DNA of 64,000 nt, from the IMG/VR virus record IMGVR_UViG_3300032219_000626, one strand, 5' to 3'. The translations under genes were made by a program, and so were the position numbers. This document shows positions 35,644 to 47,011 of the stretch, piece after piece. The DNA comes from an uncultured virus (IMG/VR IMGVR_UViG_3300032219_000626). Its lineage: Duplodnaviria > Heunggongvirae > Uroviricota > Caudoviricetes. Under the pieces are notes generated by a model. It did not search any database and had not been told where the DNA came from. It was given only the letters and a program-made list of their open reading frames with translations. Each line of letters starts with the position of its first letter. Position 1 is the stretch's first letter.

Positions 35644-37662
35644 ATGTCGGAATTTTTCTCATTTACCCTACCCAATGATTTTGTCGAAAAGTACAAAACA
35701 GCGGAATCACCCTTTGGATTCGTGGATGCAGGAGGTAACTCGCTAGGTGAAATCACCTTTGTTAGAACCTACTCACGAGTCAAAGAAGACGGAACTAAAG
35801 AACGCTGGTACGAAGTAGTACGCAGAGTTATCGAAGGTATGTATTCTGTCCAGAAAAACCATGCAAAGGAGAACCGTCTCCCATGGAATGACTACAAGGC
35901 ACAGAAGTCAGCACAGGAAGCATTCGACAGAATGTTTACCCTAAAATGGACACCACCAGGTCGTGGTATGTGGACATTTGGAACACCTCTCACAATGGAA
36001 AAGCGTAACTCAGCTGCTCTCCAGAACTGTGCAATGGTGTCAACTAAAGACCTAGACAAGAATGACCCAGGAGCATTGTTTGCTTGGGTGATGGATGCTT
36101 TGATGCTAGGTATTGGTGTAGGCTTTGACACCCTTGGTGCAGAAAAGAACTTCCCAATCTACGCACCAGTAGAGCCAGAAGTAACTTATGAAATCCCAGA
36201 TACTCGTGAAGGATGGGTAGAGTCAATCAGACTACTCCTAAACTCTTTGCTAAGACCAAACCAGAACATCCAGAAGTTTGACTACTCACTAGTTAGACCA
36301 GAAGGTGCTCCAATTAAAGGCTTTGGTGGAACAGCGTCTGGACCAGCTCCACTTATCAAACTACACGAACAGCTTCGTGAAGTTATTGGTGGACGTGCAG
36401 GAGAGAAGCTAGATTCTCGTGCAATCGTAGACATCATTAACCTTATTGGTACCTGTGTTGTTGCAGGTAACGTTCGTCGTTCTGCTACCCTTGCTTTGGG
36501 TGGTGCAGAAGACGAAGAGTTTATTAACCTAAAGAATTATGACAAGTTCCCAGAACGTGCTCCTTGGGCATGGATGTCGAATAACTCTATTTCTGCAAAG
36601 GTTGGAATGGACTACACTCAGTATGTTGACCGCATTGCAGATAACGGAGAGCCAGGCTTTATCTGGCTAGACGTTGCTCGCAACTATGGTCGACTAGCAG
36701 ACCCTGCAGATGGCAAGGACTACCGTGTTATGGGATTCAACCCATGTGCAGAACAGCCACTAGAGTCATATGAGCTATGTACTCTAGTTGAGGTACACCT
36801 AAACCGTCACGAAACCAAGGAAGACTTCCTACGCACTCTAAAGTTTGCCTACCTCTATGGAAAAACCGTAACTCTTCTTCCAACTCACTGGCAGCAGACC
36901 AACGGTATCATGCAGCGTAACCGTCGTATCGGAACATCGCTAACTGGTATTGCATCATTCGCTGATGCACATGGTCTACCTGCAACTCGTGAGTGGATGG
37001 ACGAAGGTTATAACAAGATTCGCTTCTACGACAGAAAATACTCAGAGTGGCTATGTGTTCGTGAATCAATTCGTGTAACCACAGTCAAGCCATCTGGCTC
37101 AGTATCAATCTTGTCTGGAGCAACTCCAGGTGTCCACTGGATGCCAGGAGGCAAGTTCTACCTACGTTCTATCCGTTTCGGAAACACGGACCCAATGCTT
37201 CACCTTTTCAAGGCAGCAGGGTACAAGGTAGAGCCAGCACTATACTCAGATAGCACTTCAGTAGTATACTTCCCAATTTCTTCAGGCATTAAGCGTTCAG
37301 AAAAGGATGTAACTATCTTTGAGAAGATGGCACTTGCTGCTACTGCCCAGAAGTATTGGTCAGATAATGGTGTGTCAGTAACTCTGTCGTTTGACAAGGA
37401 AACTGAAAAGCAGCACGTTGCCTCAGTACTTAATATGTACGAGGGTCAGCTAAAGGCTGTATCATTCCTTCCAATGGGAAATGACGTTTATGAGCAACAG
37501 CCATATTCAGAAATCACAGAAGAAGAATACGACTACTACATTGGTAGAGTTGCTAAGATTGACTTCTCTGCAATTTATGACGGTGTGGATAATCTTGAGG
37601 CACAGGGTGAGGCATATTGCACCACCGACTACTGTGAGATTAAGATTCCAGACAAGAACTAG
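35644..37662 (+). CDS. nrdJ: class II (adenosylcobalamin) ribonucleotide reductase
   Basis: PPGRG.W, LQNC, GNVRRSA, NPCAEQ.LESYELC, TTVKPSGS, C-terminal CTTDYC. Confidence 0.93.
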   Translation: MSEFFSFTLPNDFVEKYKTAESPFGFVDAGGNSLGEITFVRTYSRVKEDGTKERWYEVVRRVIEGMYSVQKNHAKENRLPWNDYKAQKSAQEAFDRMFTLKWTPPGRGMWTFGTPLTMEKRNSAALQNCAMVSTKDLDKNDPGALFAWVMDALMLGIGVGFDTLGAEKNFPIYAPVEPEVTYEIPDTREGWVESIRLLLNSLLRPNQNIQKFDYSLVRPEGAPIKGFGGTASGPAPLIKLHEQLREVIGGRAGEKLDSRAIVDIINLIGTCVVAGNVRRSATLALGGAEDEEFINLKNYDKFPERAPWAWMSNNSISAKVGMDYTQYVDRIADNGEPGFIWLDVARNYGRLADPADGKDYRVMGFNPCAEQPLESYELCTLVEVHLNRHETKEDFLRTLKFAYLYGKTVTLLPTHWQQTNGIMQRNRRIGTSLTGIASFADAHGLPATREWMDEGYNKIRFYDRKYSEWLCVRESIRVTTVKPSGSVSILSGATPGVHWMPGGKFYLRSIRFGNTDPMLHLFKAAGYKVEPALYSDSTSVVYFPISSGIKRSEKDVTIFEKMALAATAQKYWSDNGVSVTLSFDKETEKQHVASVLNMYEGQLKAVSFLPMGNDVYEQQPYSEITEEEYDYYIGRVAKIDFSAIYDGVDNLEAQGEAYCTTDYCEIKIPDKN

Positions 37663-37675
37663 TCAAAATAGAGTT

Positions 37676-37709
37676 ATGCCCTGTCGTTAATTCGGCAGGG
37701 CATTTCTTT
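37676..37709 (+). terminator. intrinsic terminator
   Basis: ATGCCCTGTCG..CGGCAGGGCAT-TTCTTT. Confidence 0.75.
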
Positions 37710-37728
37710 ATGTGGTAGAATTAATATC

Positions 37729-40700
37729 ATGGCTAATTCTTCTAATCTTTATGCTGAAAAAATATTTGCAGAGCATCCAATTGCTCTATGGACACTAGAC
37801 AATGACCTAAAGTATTTGTCGCTAATTTCAGATGCCAACAGAAGTTTGTCTGCCTGGACATTTACAAGCAGTGCAACAGGAACGGCATTTGATGAAGAAA
37901 CACCACCATACTATAGACTAGGAACAACTGTAACAACAGTGTCAAAAGCATCTGTTACAACAAGTGGTAGTTTTACCGCAACAAGCAATTTTACATTTTC
38001 TTCAAGTGACGACACTTTTACAATTGGATTTTATTATTTTAAAACAACACCATATCTATCATCTTTTAGAATAGGGTACAAGATAGGTGCTGGAGCAACA
38101 CAATGGTCTTCATCAATAACAACATCGGACTTTTATTCTTGGCAGTTTGCCTCAGCAACTTTTAACGCCCAACCATCTGGAGCAAACATTGTTATTGAGT
38201 TTAACTATTCACAACCAACAGTGTCAGATTCAGTTTCTGTTCTAATCAATGGTCTATCTGTCGGAAAGTGGTCTGAAGATGCAAACATGGAAAACCTTGG
38301 TTCAGTTTCTTCTACTATTCCAGCAACAATTCCACTAACAGGAACAAACCTAACAGTTGTTGAAGCTCCAGCATATTCGTCTACATCTAATAATGGATAT
38401 TACATTATTAGTGATGGAGTAACTGGAGCAAGAAATTCTTCATTTCCACTTGTCTATGGTTCTTCAAACTCAACAGTTCTTTCTTATAACGATGGACTAC
38501 CATCTCTAATAGTTCCAGGTAACGGATTTTTAAATGAGTCACAAAAAACAAAAACTAGAACATTTGAAACATGGCTAAGGATAAAAGCTGGTACGTCAGA
38601 AGCAAAGAAAATCATTGGACCAATTGTTGGCAATGATGGAATCTATGTTGACGGACCACATCTAATTTTAAATATTGCTGGAAATACATTGTCGCACTAT
38701 GTTGGAGAGTGGGATAGACCAATGTTGCTACAGGTGGTTACTTCAATATCTGGAGCACAAATGTTTATTAACGGAGATTTTATTGGAGCAATAAACTACG
38801 ACATTGAAGACGTTGCCTTAGAAGAATACTTTGACGGAAGTAGCGATATTCAAGACTGGATAGGTTTTTACTGTTACACAGATGTTCCAAGAATAGAGGT
38901 TAGCTGTGTTGCAATTTATGCCTATGCTATCGATAAGGTTTTGGCACAAAAAAGATTTGTTTATGGTCAGGGAACAAAACATTTTCAAGATGAACTCGTA
39001 TCTGGATATGACGGTGATTCTATTTTTCCAGACTATTCTTTTGCAAACTATGGAAGCAACAGGGCGTATGGAAATAATCAAAAATACCAATGGACTGAAG
39101 GCATCTTAAGCAACTGTATTTCAGAAACAAATATTTTAAAGTCACCTAAATATACTGTGCCAGCAATTGTTGTTAATCCATCAGCAGCCTTTACTGACGA
39201 AGAGTTGTTATTGGCTCAAAACTCACCATACGACCACATTGACCTACAACCAACAGCAGGATGGAGTTCAGTAGAGAGTCACATTCTTTTTAACAACATA
39301 AATCCAATAATCAATAAAACTCAGGGTATTTATATTGTTGCTACACGTTCAGAAAATAACACAACTAAACAGATTTTGTTTAAAATATTTAATAAAATTA
39401 ATGGAGACTACCTAGAAGCATATACAATAAGGGAATCTAGTACAGATAAAATTATTTATAAGTTTAGTCATAACGGTACAGTTAGCTCTGCTCTATATAC
39501 TGCTACTGGAAACGTAATTGGAACAAAGTTTGCAGCAGGTGTTATTTTTCAAGATTTAATCGACAATGTAGACTCAGATTTTTATCAATTTTTTAGCGAC
39601 TCTAAAAATCTAGTTGTTTATGTTGGTGGCGACGAAGCATTTACAACAGACACAACTTTTACTGGAAAGATTTACAAGTTTAGTTTTATGGATGAAAGAA
39701 ATCTATCCAAAGTTTCAACGCAATTTAACTCAAATGGTTTTTTTACTGGAACAGCGTCAACCCTAGATTCCCATACAGCAAGCTATACTTTGTTTTTGAA
39801 CAAGTTTGACTCTAAAATATTTTTAGATATTTCTTCTAATATGTACTGGCAGGAATCGGTTCCACTATCTTTCTTTGCAAAATACGTACAGGCTCCAACT
39901 GGAACTAGATACGCTTTAGATTATTTACAGTTTAATGTAGACTATCCAAAACCAATATCATTTTCTTCAAATGAATATAGCACAGACTCATCTCTAGCGA
40001 GAACATACCTTACTTTTCAAACACTTGCATCTGGTGCAGAAGCAGATGTGTTAAGCTATAGCACATCTTCAAGGGTAACAAGCTCAAATGTAATTTCGTC
40101 TTCTTCTGGATATGCAAATACTAAGTACGAGATGGTTGATGGAACTATTATTTATATTCCTACTACAGCCGACCTAGAAACGCTAGCTGTAGTTGCACAC
40201 ATGGAAATTAATGCAGACAGTCTAGTTATGAAGCCAATTGGTATTAGGCATTTGCAAATTACTGGACAGGGGCTAAATACAGACTCTTCTAATCCAACAA
40301 AATTTGGAACCTCTACTGGAACAAATCTAATTCCTTATGGAAGTGTGTCTGCAGCAGTATTGCCTAAATTTACCTTGCCATATTATTATCTATCGTCAAA
40401 CTCTGGTATGCAAATAACAGGAACACCGTCAGCCTCAAACGGATACTATATTAATATAAATACTGAACTCTCGGACACCTTTGAAATAGGTTTTTTGCAG
40501 ATGGTTGCAAAGTTTAATATTGAACAATTTTCCACAAGCGACGTTCTTATTTTTGAAACAGTAAACATAACAGATAATCCAGATACAAAAATAAGATTCT
40601 ATGTAGACTCAGCAAATACAGCAAATACAAGAGCAAGAATATTTGCCAAGAATGAAAGCGGTACTGATTACACTGACGTTGAGTATTATATCAATGGAAT

Positions 40701-41148
40701 AAAGACAGAGTATCCAGTAGTATCTTTAGACGAATGGTTTACTCTTGGAATAAAGTTTAAAACAGTTTACGCCTTTACAAGTAAAGCTGGGACAATAAAT
40801 ATTTCTGGACCAATGCTCATGAACAACTTTGTTTATGCACAGCTAAAGTCTGGAGACGAACATGGTCTTGTGTTGGTAGAAAATATTTGGATTAATGTTC
40901 TTTATGACACAAACTCGCTTCAAACATGGAACGACTATACAACAGGTGTTTGGTCAGATATCATATCCCAATCATCTGGCACAGAAATTCGTGGACTATC
41001 ATCAGAAGAAATATACAAGACATTTACTGGAACATCAAGAAATTCAGCTGGTGGCTACTCTTCTGAGCAGTATGTTGGTACACAAAACTTTAGTTATACA
41101 ATATACACAGACATAAAGTCGTCACAAATAACCATTGAACCTGCATAA
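37729..41148 (+). CDS. large virion structural protein (lectin-like beta domains)
   Basis: 1139 aa, beta-rich; EHPIALW.LD and TFETWL motifs. Confidence 0.55.
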   Translation: MANSSNLYAEKIFAEHPIALWTLDNDLKYLSLISDANRSLSAWTFTSSATGTAFDEETPPYYRLGTTVTTVSKASVTTSGSFTATSNFTFSSSDDTFTIGFYYFKTTPYLSSFRIGYKIGAGATQWSSSITTSDFYSWQFASATFNAQPSGANIVIEFNYSQPTVSDSVSVLINGLSVGKWSEDANMENLGSVSSTIPATIPLTGTNLTVVEAPAYSSTSNNGYYIISDGVTGARNSSFPLVYGSSNSTVLSYNDGLPSLIVPGNGFLNESQKTKTRTFETWLRIKAGTSEAKKIIGPIVGNDGIYVDGPHLILNIAGNTLSHYVGEWDRPMLLQVVTSISGAQMFINGDFIGAINYDIEDVALEEYFDGSSDIQDWIGFYCYTDVPRIEVSCVAIYAYAIDKVLAQKRFVYGQGTKHFQDELVSGYDGDSIFPDYSFANYGSNRAYGNNQKYQWTEGILSNCISETNILKSPKYTVPAIVVNPSAAFTDEELLLAQNSPYDHIDLQPTAGWSSVESHILFNNINPIINKTQGIYIVATRSENNTTKQILFKIFNKINGDYLEAYTIRESSTDKIIYKFSHNGTVSSALYTATGNVIGTKFAAGVIFQDLIDNVDSDFYQFFSDSKNLVVYVGGDEAFTTDTTFTGKIYKFSFMDERNLSKVSTQFNSNGFFTGTASTLDSHTASYTLFLNKFDSKIFLDISSNMYWQESVPLSFFAKYVQAPTGTRYALDYLQFNVDYPKPISFSSNEYSTDSSLARTYLTFQTLASGAEADVLSYSTSSRVTSSNVISSSSGYANTKYEMVDGTIIYIPTTADLETLAVVAHMEINADSLVMKPIGIRHLQITGQGLNTDSSNPTKFGTSTGTNLIPYGSVSAAVLPKFTLPYYYLSSNSGMQITGTPSASNGYYININTELSDTFEIGFLQMVAKFNIEQFSTSDVLIFETVNITDNPDTKIRFYVDSANTANTRARIFAKNESGTDYTDVEYYINGIKTEYPVVSLDEWFTLGIKFKTVYAFTSKAGTINISGPMLMNNFVYAQLKSGDEHGLVLVENIWINVLYDTNSLQTWNDYTTGVWSDIISQSSGTEIRGLSSEEIYKTFTGTSRNSAGGYSSEQYVGTQNFSYTIYTDIKSSQITIEPA

Positions 41149-41166
41149 TGTGGTATACTAGTGGTT

Positions 41167-41547
41167 ATGAAACAAGAAAAACTAGACCCAGTTGAGCAAG
41201 CCCTGAGCAAAGCTCGTATCCAAGTAATTGAAAAACACTATGATTGGGGGCTTTATGTTTGGATTCGTGAGAATGGAAAACCGTTTACTGACGAAGATGG
41301 GAACATCCTAAACATCCCATCAAAGAAAAATGACGAATCTCAGATTGCAAAACTTAAAGATGCTGCAACATATTACGGAGAGCCTAACGGTCACCCAATT
41401 TTTTACCCTGGTCTTGGAAGAATTACAGACGAGGAATACAGCGAACAAATTGACAGAATGAAGCAGGGTCTTATTCCAAACCTTAATGACCTAGGTGCTG
41501 TTCAGGCTGCCAAAGACACAATCGCACTTTATGGAGATGAAGAATAA
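41167..41547 (+). CDS. hypothetical protein upstream of portal
   Basis: Leaderless start; coupled to portal. Confidence 0.7.
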   Translation: MKQEKLDPVEQALSKARIQVIEKHYDWGLYVWIRENGKPFTDEDGNILNIPSKKNDESQIAKLKDAATYYGEPNGHPIFYPGLGRITDEEYSEQIDRMKQGLIPNLNDLGAVQAAKDTIALYGDEE

Positions 41548-43145
41548 TGGAAGAATACATTATCGGTGCTTCACTGCCAGAATTTGACGCAGAAGAAGAC
41601 CTGTTTAAAAAGCAAGACCCATTTGTAAAATCGTGGGACGACCTAAAGGGGCTAAACGGTCTTGACCTAAACTTTAAGAGACGCTCAACACGTCAGCTAT
41701 CTAAAGCAGACGTAAACAGCGATGCCTATCTTGACAGTGCTATGGCTGTTAGTGCAGGTATTGGTGGGGCAAAGTCAAAAGAGCTAAACCCTGGCAAGGT
41801 ATTTAAAAACGGATATGGGCTATTTGACGTAATCACACCACCATGGAATCTTTATGAGCTTGCTAACTATTACGACACCTCATTTGCTAACCACGCTGCT
41901 ATCGATGCTAAGGTAGAAAACATTGTAGGTCTTGGCTATGATTTCCATGTAACAGATAGAACTGCCATGCGTCTAGAAGGCATGGAAGACCAAACAGCAA
42001 TTAAGCGAGCACGTAATAGAATTGAACGTGCCAAGGTAGAGCTAAAAGACTGGCTAGAAACCATGAATGATGAAGACTCGTTTACTCATACCATGATGAA
42101 AATTTACACAGACCTTCAGGCAACTGGTAACGGATACATGGAAATTGGTAGAACTGTTACTGGAGAAATTGGTTATATTGGTCACATTCCTACAACCACA
42201 ATGCGTGTGCGTAGACTTAAGGATGGATACGTTCAGATTATTGGAGAGAAGGTTGTTTATTTCCGTAACTTTGGTGCAAAGAATCCAAACCCAATCACAT
42301 CTGACCAGAGACCAAATGAGATTATTCACTTCAAAGAATACTCACCGCTAAATACTTACTACGGTGTTCCAGACATTATCTCAGCAATCACAGCATTGCA
42401 AGGAGACCAGCTTGCATCACAATACAACATTGATTACTTTGGTAACAAGGCTGTACCAAGATACGTTGTGACTCTAAAAGGTGCAAAACTATCGTCAGAT
42501 GCAGAAGACAAGATGTTTAGATTCTTGCAGACTAGCCTTAAGGGTCAGTCCCACCGCACACTTTATATTCCGCTTCCAGGAGACTCAGACACAAACAAGG
42601 TTGAGTTCAAAATGGAACCAATTGAAAACGGCGTACAGGAGGCATCATTTAATGACTATAGAGTTCGTAATCGTGACGACATCTTGGTTGCTCACCAAGT
42701 TCCACTCTCCAAGATTGGTGGCGGTGATGCAGCATCTATTGCAGCTGCCCTAGCCCAGGACCGCACGTTTAAGGAGCAGGTAGCAAGACCAGCCCAGCGT
42801 ACAATTGAAAAACTTATTAATAGAATTGTAAAAGAAAAAACAGACATTCTTGAACTTAAGTTTAATGAACTTACTCTTACAGACGAGATTGCACAGTCTC
42901 AGATTCTTGAGCGTTATGTAAAGACTCAGATTATGGTTCCTAACGAAGCTCGTGAAATTCTTGGTCTACCACAAAGACCAGACGCAGACGAACCGTTTCA
43001 AATGACACCTAGACAGGCAACGGATGCTCGTGCCAACCTCGCTGGCAACCGCCAGCGTGACGCAGAGCGAACAAACAATGCTTCAGATAGTACTGCCACA
43101 ATCACTGGAAGAAACGCTCAGGGCGAGGGTAGAGCAGTACAATAA
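41547..43145 (+). CDS. portal protein
   Basis: TGNGYMEI.R, NEIIHFK.YSP...YYGVP, YF.N.AVP, ILVAHQVP, PNEARE.LGLP. Confidence 0.92.
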   Translation: MEEYIIGASLPEFDAEEDLFKKQDPFVKSWDDLKGLNGLDLNFKRRSTRQLSKADVNSDAYLDSAMAVSAGIGGAKSKELNPGKVFKNGYGLFDVITPPWNLYELANYYDTSFANHAAIDAKVENIVGLGYDFHVTDRTAMRLEGMEDQTAIKRARNRIERAKVELKDWLETMNDEDSFTHTMMKIYTDLQATGNGYMEIGRTVTGEIGYIGHIPTTTMRVRRLKDGYVQIIGEKVVYFRNFGAKNPNPITSDQRPNEIIHFKEYSPLNTYYGVPDIISAITALQGDQLASQYNIDYFGNKAVPRYVVTLKGAKLSSDAEDKMFRFLQTSLKGQSHRTLYIPLPGDSDTNKVEFKMEPIENGVQEASFNDYRVRNRDDILVAHQVPLSKIGGGDAASIAAALAQDRTFKEQVARPAQRTIEKLINRIVKEKTDILELKFNELTLTDEIAQSQILERYVKTQIMVPNEAREILGLPQRPDADEPFQMTPRQATDARANLAGNRQRDAERTNNASDSTATITGRNAQGEGRAVQ

Positions 43146-43204
43146 AAAAGGTATGTTACAATATAGTAACAATACTTATAAAAAGGGTATATAATTAAGG
43201 TAAT

Positions 43205-44467
43205 ATGACTATTCAAAAGGCTCATTGGAATACCGATGGCGACAACGTTCGTCTGTCGATGCCATTCTCTAAAGTAGATAAGGAACGAAGAACCGTTTCT
43301 GGATTTGCTACACTTGATAACCTGGACAAGCAGAATGACATCGTTACTCCAGAAGCGTCACTAAACGCATTTAAAAAGTTCCGTGGAAACATCCGTGAAA
43401 TGCACCAGCCAATTGCTGTAGGCAAGATGGTTTCCTTTAAAGAAGACAAGTACTTCGACCCAGAGACAAAGAAGATGTACTCTGGCATTTATGTTTCAAC
43501 CTATATCTCAAAGGGTGCTCAAGACACTTGGGAAAAGGTTTTGGATGGAACCCTATCGGGTTTCTCAATTGGTGGCAAGATGAATAAATGGGATGACGGC
43601 TATGATGAGAGCATGGAATCAAAGGTTCGTATTATCAAAGATTACGACCTAGTTGAGCTTTCTCTTGTGGACACCCCAGCCAACCAATTTGCAAATATTA
43701 TTTCTGTTGAAAAAGTAGACGGTGTTGAAGTTGTTAAAGGCGTAGACACAGTTATTGAAAATGTATTCTGGGACTCTGAATCAGGACTAGTTCTTCTTTC
43801 AGATAACGAAACAGAGGTCAGCCCTACAAGTGGTCTACCTATGCAGAATATTGGTTTCGTTGAAAAATCAGATAGCGAAAAAACAGAAATGCTAAAGTTC
43901 TTAGTTGATAGTGCTAAAGGCATTAAAACATCTAAGATAACAAAGGAGGAAAGTCCTATGACTGACGCAACAAATGAAGTGGTTGAAGAAACCACAGTTG
44001 AGACAGAAGAGGTTGCTCCAGAGGCAGATGCCGTAGTTGAAGAAGCAGTGGCAGAAGAGGTTACAGAAGAGGCTCCAGTAGTCGAAGAAGTAGCAGAAGA
44101 AGTTCCTGCAGAAGAAGCTGAAGAGGTATCTCCAGCAGACGATGAAACTGAAAAAACACTAGTTGTTAACGCAGTTACAGAAATCAAGGATACTCTAACA
44201 TCAGCCTTTAGCGACCTTGCATCAATCGTAAAGAGCCTACAGGCTCAGGTTGATGAACTTAACAAATCAATTGATTCCGTAAAAACTGAGGTAAAGGAAT
44301 CAAAGGATGTATTTAACGAATTTGGAAAGAGAGTGGACGCTGTTGAAGCCGACACCGCTTTCCGCAAGTCTGGCGACATCGGTGATGTCGTTCAGTTTGA
44401 ACCAGAACAGGTTCAGAAATCCCTATGGGACGGTCGTTTCCTCAAAACAACCGATTTATTCAAATAA
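43205..44467 (+). CDS. prohead protease with C-terminal acidic scaffold (internal start 43958)
   Basis: REMHQ, GFSIGG, ELSLVDTPAN; Glu-rich/coiled-coil tail. Confidence 0.85.
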   Translation: MTIQKAHWNTDGDNVRLSMPFSKVDKERRTVSGFATLDNLDKQNDIVTPEASLNAFKKFRGNIREMHQPIAVGKMVSFKEDKYFDPETKKMYSGIYVSTYISKGAQDTWEKVLDGTLSGFSIGGKMNKWDDGYDESMESKVRIIKDYDLVELSLVDTPANQFANIISVEKVDGVEVVKGVDTVIENVFWDSESGLVLLSDNETEVSPTSGLPMQNIGFVEKSDSEKTEMLKFLVDSAKGIKTSKITKEESPMTDATNEVVEETTVETEEVAPEADAVVEEAVAEEVTEEAPVVEEVAEEVPAEEAEEVSPADDETEKTLVVNAVTEIKDTLTSAFSDLASIVKSLQAQVDELNKSIDSVKTEVKESKDVFNEFGKRVDAVEADTAFRKSGDIGDVVQFEPEQVQKSLWDGRFLKTTDLFK

Positions 44468-44489
44468 AAATCACTAGGAGGTGACAATT

Positions 44490-45584
44490 ATGTCGGAAGA
44501 AATTATTAAAAACTATCCAGGTGCTGGCTCTGCTGAAGTAAACGCAGAAGGTGCATTCGCATCTGGTGGCATTGGTGGCGTTACTAGCCCAGGAGCTTCA
44601 ACTCTCGGAAACGTCCCAACTGCTGAATTTGGTGTACTAACTGGTCCTAACGCTGTAACCCCTAGTGGTTCTGCAGCAAGCGGTATTCTACGTCCTGAAC
44701 AGGCTCGTAGATTTATCGACTATGTTTGGGACGGTACAGTCCTAGCCAAGGATGGTCGCCGTGTAACCATGCGAGCTAACACAATGGAACTTGAAAAAGT
44801 TAACGTTGGTGAGCGTGTTATCCGTGCAGCCAACCAGGGCAGTGCAACATACACTAACGCTGGTGCAACATTCTCTAAGGTCGAACTTACTACAAAAAAG
44901 ATTCGTCTTGACTGGGAAGTTTCAGCAGAAGCTCTAGAAGACAACGTTGAGGGTGCAGCTCTTGAAGACCACCTAGTCCGTCTAATGACAAACGCATTTG
45001 CGAATGACATTGAGGACTTGGCAATCAACGGAACTGGAACAGGGGCGAACAACTTCCTTAACATTCTGGAAGGTTTCGTAAGCCGTACCAAGACCGATGG
45101 ATATGCTCACGAATACGTTGCTACTGTAGCAAATAACGCATTCACACCAGAGGTTCTACAGCAAGTTGTAGACCGTCTACCACGTAAGTACCGTGCTCTA
45201 AAGAATGGTCTTAAGTTCTACGCAGGAACTTCAGCATTCCAGGGCATCGTAAGAAACCACGGAACCGCATCGGGCAACATTTGGACCGAGCAGTACCGTA
45301 ACGCTTACCTAGCAGGTACTGACCAGGTAATTGGTGAGGCTCGTGCAACTCGTGTACTAGGTATTCCAGTAATGGAAGTTCCTTACTACCCAGAGGGCTT
45401 CGTTGACCTAACCTTCCCAAGCAACCGCATTTGGGGTTTCCAGAGAGACATCACTGTAAACCGTGAATACGTAGCTAAGAAGGACACCATCGAATACACC
45501 GTCTTTGTACGTTTTGGTATTCAATGGGAAGAGCAAGACGCTATCGCATACGTTGACAGCGACTCAATCGACTCAAGCCTATAA
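44490..45584 (+). CDS. major capsid protein (HK97 fold)
   Basis: GILRPEQARRFID, EALEDNVEG, DIEDLAING; SD GGAGG; strong terminator downstream. Confidence 0.9.
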   Translation: MSEEIIKNYPGAGSAEVNAEGAFASGGIGGVTSPGASTLGNVPTAEFGVLTGPNAVTPSGSAASGILRPEQARRFIDYVWDGTVLAKDGRRVTMRANTMELEKVNVGERVIRAANQGSATYTNAGATFSKVELTTKKIRLDWEVSAEALEDNVEGAALEDHLVRLMTNAFANDIEDLAINGTGTGANNFLNILEGFVSRTKTDGYAHEYVATVANNAFTPEVLQQVVDRLPRKYRALKNGLKFYAGTSAFQGIVRNHGTASGNIWTEQYRNAYLAGTDQVIGEARATRVLGIPVMEVPYYPEGFVDLTFPSNRIWGFQRDITVNREYVAKKDTIEYTVFVRFGIQWEEQDAIAYVDSDSIDSSL

Positions 45585-45603
45585 TCTTGAGTTAACCCAC
45601 TTA

Positions 45604-45645
45604 GAGGGGGCAGGGGCTTCGGCTTCTGCCCCTTTCTACTTTTTA
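45604..45645 (+). terminator. intrinsic terminator
   Basis: GGGGCAGGGGC-TTCG-GCTTCTGCCCC-TTTCTACTTTT. Confidence 0.8.
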
Positions 45646-45673
45646 TCTGCTATAATGTAAATTGGAGGAAATC

Positions 45674-46087
45674 ATGTCAAACGAACTATCAAATGATACA
45701 ACCGTGGACATCGCAACAGACGATGTTCAAGTTAACCTAGAAGTAACATCAGCCACAACTAAAGCTGGTATTCAAACAGACGCAAATGGCGTTATTGCAT
45801 CACCAACCAAAAAGGCTGGAAAGCCAGCACCATCAATTGCAGTAGTTAATGGAGCAATTGGTTCACCTGGGGCAAGTAGAAAAGACCCTGTTAAGGCAAT
45901 CTCAGAACCAAAAACAAAGAAAGAAACAGTTGCACTGTATTCAACTAAAAATGTTTTTTGGGAAGGTGTTGGAGAAGTTAAGCGTGGCTATAACTTTGTA
46001 ACACCAGAACAGGCTAAGTTTTGGGAAAAAAGAATTCACATTAGATTGGCTACGCCAGAAGAAATTAAAGAGGCGTTTGATAATTAG
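45674..46087 (+). CDS. hypothetical head-associated protein
   Basis: SD GGAGG; position after capsid gene. Confidence 0.6.
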   Translation: MSNELSNDTTVDIATDDVQVNLEVTSATTKAGIQTDANGVIASPTKKAGKPAPSIAVVNGAIGSPGASRKDPVKAISEPKTKKETVALYSTKNVFWEGVGEVKRGYNFVTPEQAKFWEKRIHIRLATPEEIKEAFDN

Positions 46088-47010
46088 TGGAACTTCTTAG
46101 GGTAGATACAACAACAACACCATTTCAACTTGGAACCCAAAAATTTCAGTTTCCAATCGTTGTTGATGGATATGCTAGTACAGTAGTAAGAGTAAACGTT
46201 ACAGACCTTTCAGACTTTACTCTTGTTATGGATGCTGTTCAAGCTACCACTACTTCTGCATCAAAGCTAACCATTTCAGTACCACTCAAGTACGACGCTG
46301 ATTACAAAATTCAAGTCTATAATACTAGTGCAACACCTGCAGCAGCCAACCTAATTTACGAAGACTTTTACGAAATCCGTAGACCTTATGTAGACCCAAA
46401 CACTAAGGCTACCACTGCTACAGACATTGCAACTTACGCAGCTAACGAACAACTAGCCAGAGCAATTATTGATTCAATTGTCACAGATGGTTTTTACTAC
46501 AAGAAGAAGGCTATTCTTGCAATTGGCAATGGTAGCGACTTTATTCCAGTATGGGATAATGTAAAGAGTATTGTTTCTGTTTACGAGAATAACGTTCTTG
46601 TTACCGCTAAAACATTTGAACTTACTGTAGATGGTTCTGCAATTACGCAAACCTATACAGGAGAACTAAACCGAAGTGAGTCAGCACCAGTATTGCTGCC
46701 AGCATCTAACTCTGACTATACAGAGCTAATCTATGGATATACTGGTTTTCCAAGAGAGTATGACTACAAGATTATTGCTGAAGTGGGATACCTAAATATT
46801 CCAGCAGACATAAAGAAGGCAACCGAGTTGCTTATTGAAGACATTAGCTGTGGAAGACTAGATTACTATAAGCGATATATCGGTTCATACAACACAGACC
46901 AATTTAGAATCCAGTTTGATAAAGCAGTGTTTGAAGGAACTGGTAATATTCTAGTAGACAAGATTCTAGAAAAATATAAGAAGCCAGTGACACGCCCAGG
47001 AGTGCTGTAG
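46087..47010 (+). CDS. head-tail adaptor-like protein
   Basis: GY..IPADIKKA..L motif; synteny. Confidence 0.6.
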   Translation: MELLRVDTTTTPFQLGTQKFQFPIVVDGYASTVVRVNVTDLSDFTLVMDAVQATTTSASKLTISVPLKYDADYKIQVYNTSATPAAANLIYEDFYEIRRPYVDPNTKATTATDIATYAANEQLARAIIDSIVTDGFYYKKKAILAIGNGSDFIPVWDNVKSIVSVYENNVLVTAKTFELTVDGSAITQTYTGELNRSESAPVLLPASNSDYTELIYGYTGFPREYDYKIIAEVGYLNIPADIKKATELLIEDISCGRLDYYKRYIGSYNTDQFRIQFDKAVFEGTGNILVDKILEKYKKPVTRPGVL

Positions 47011-47011
47011 C

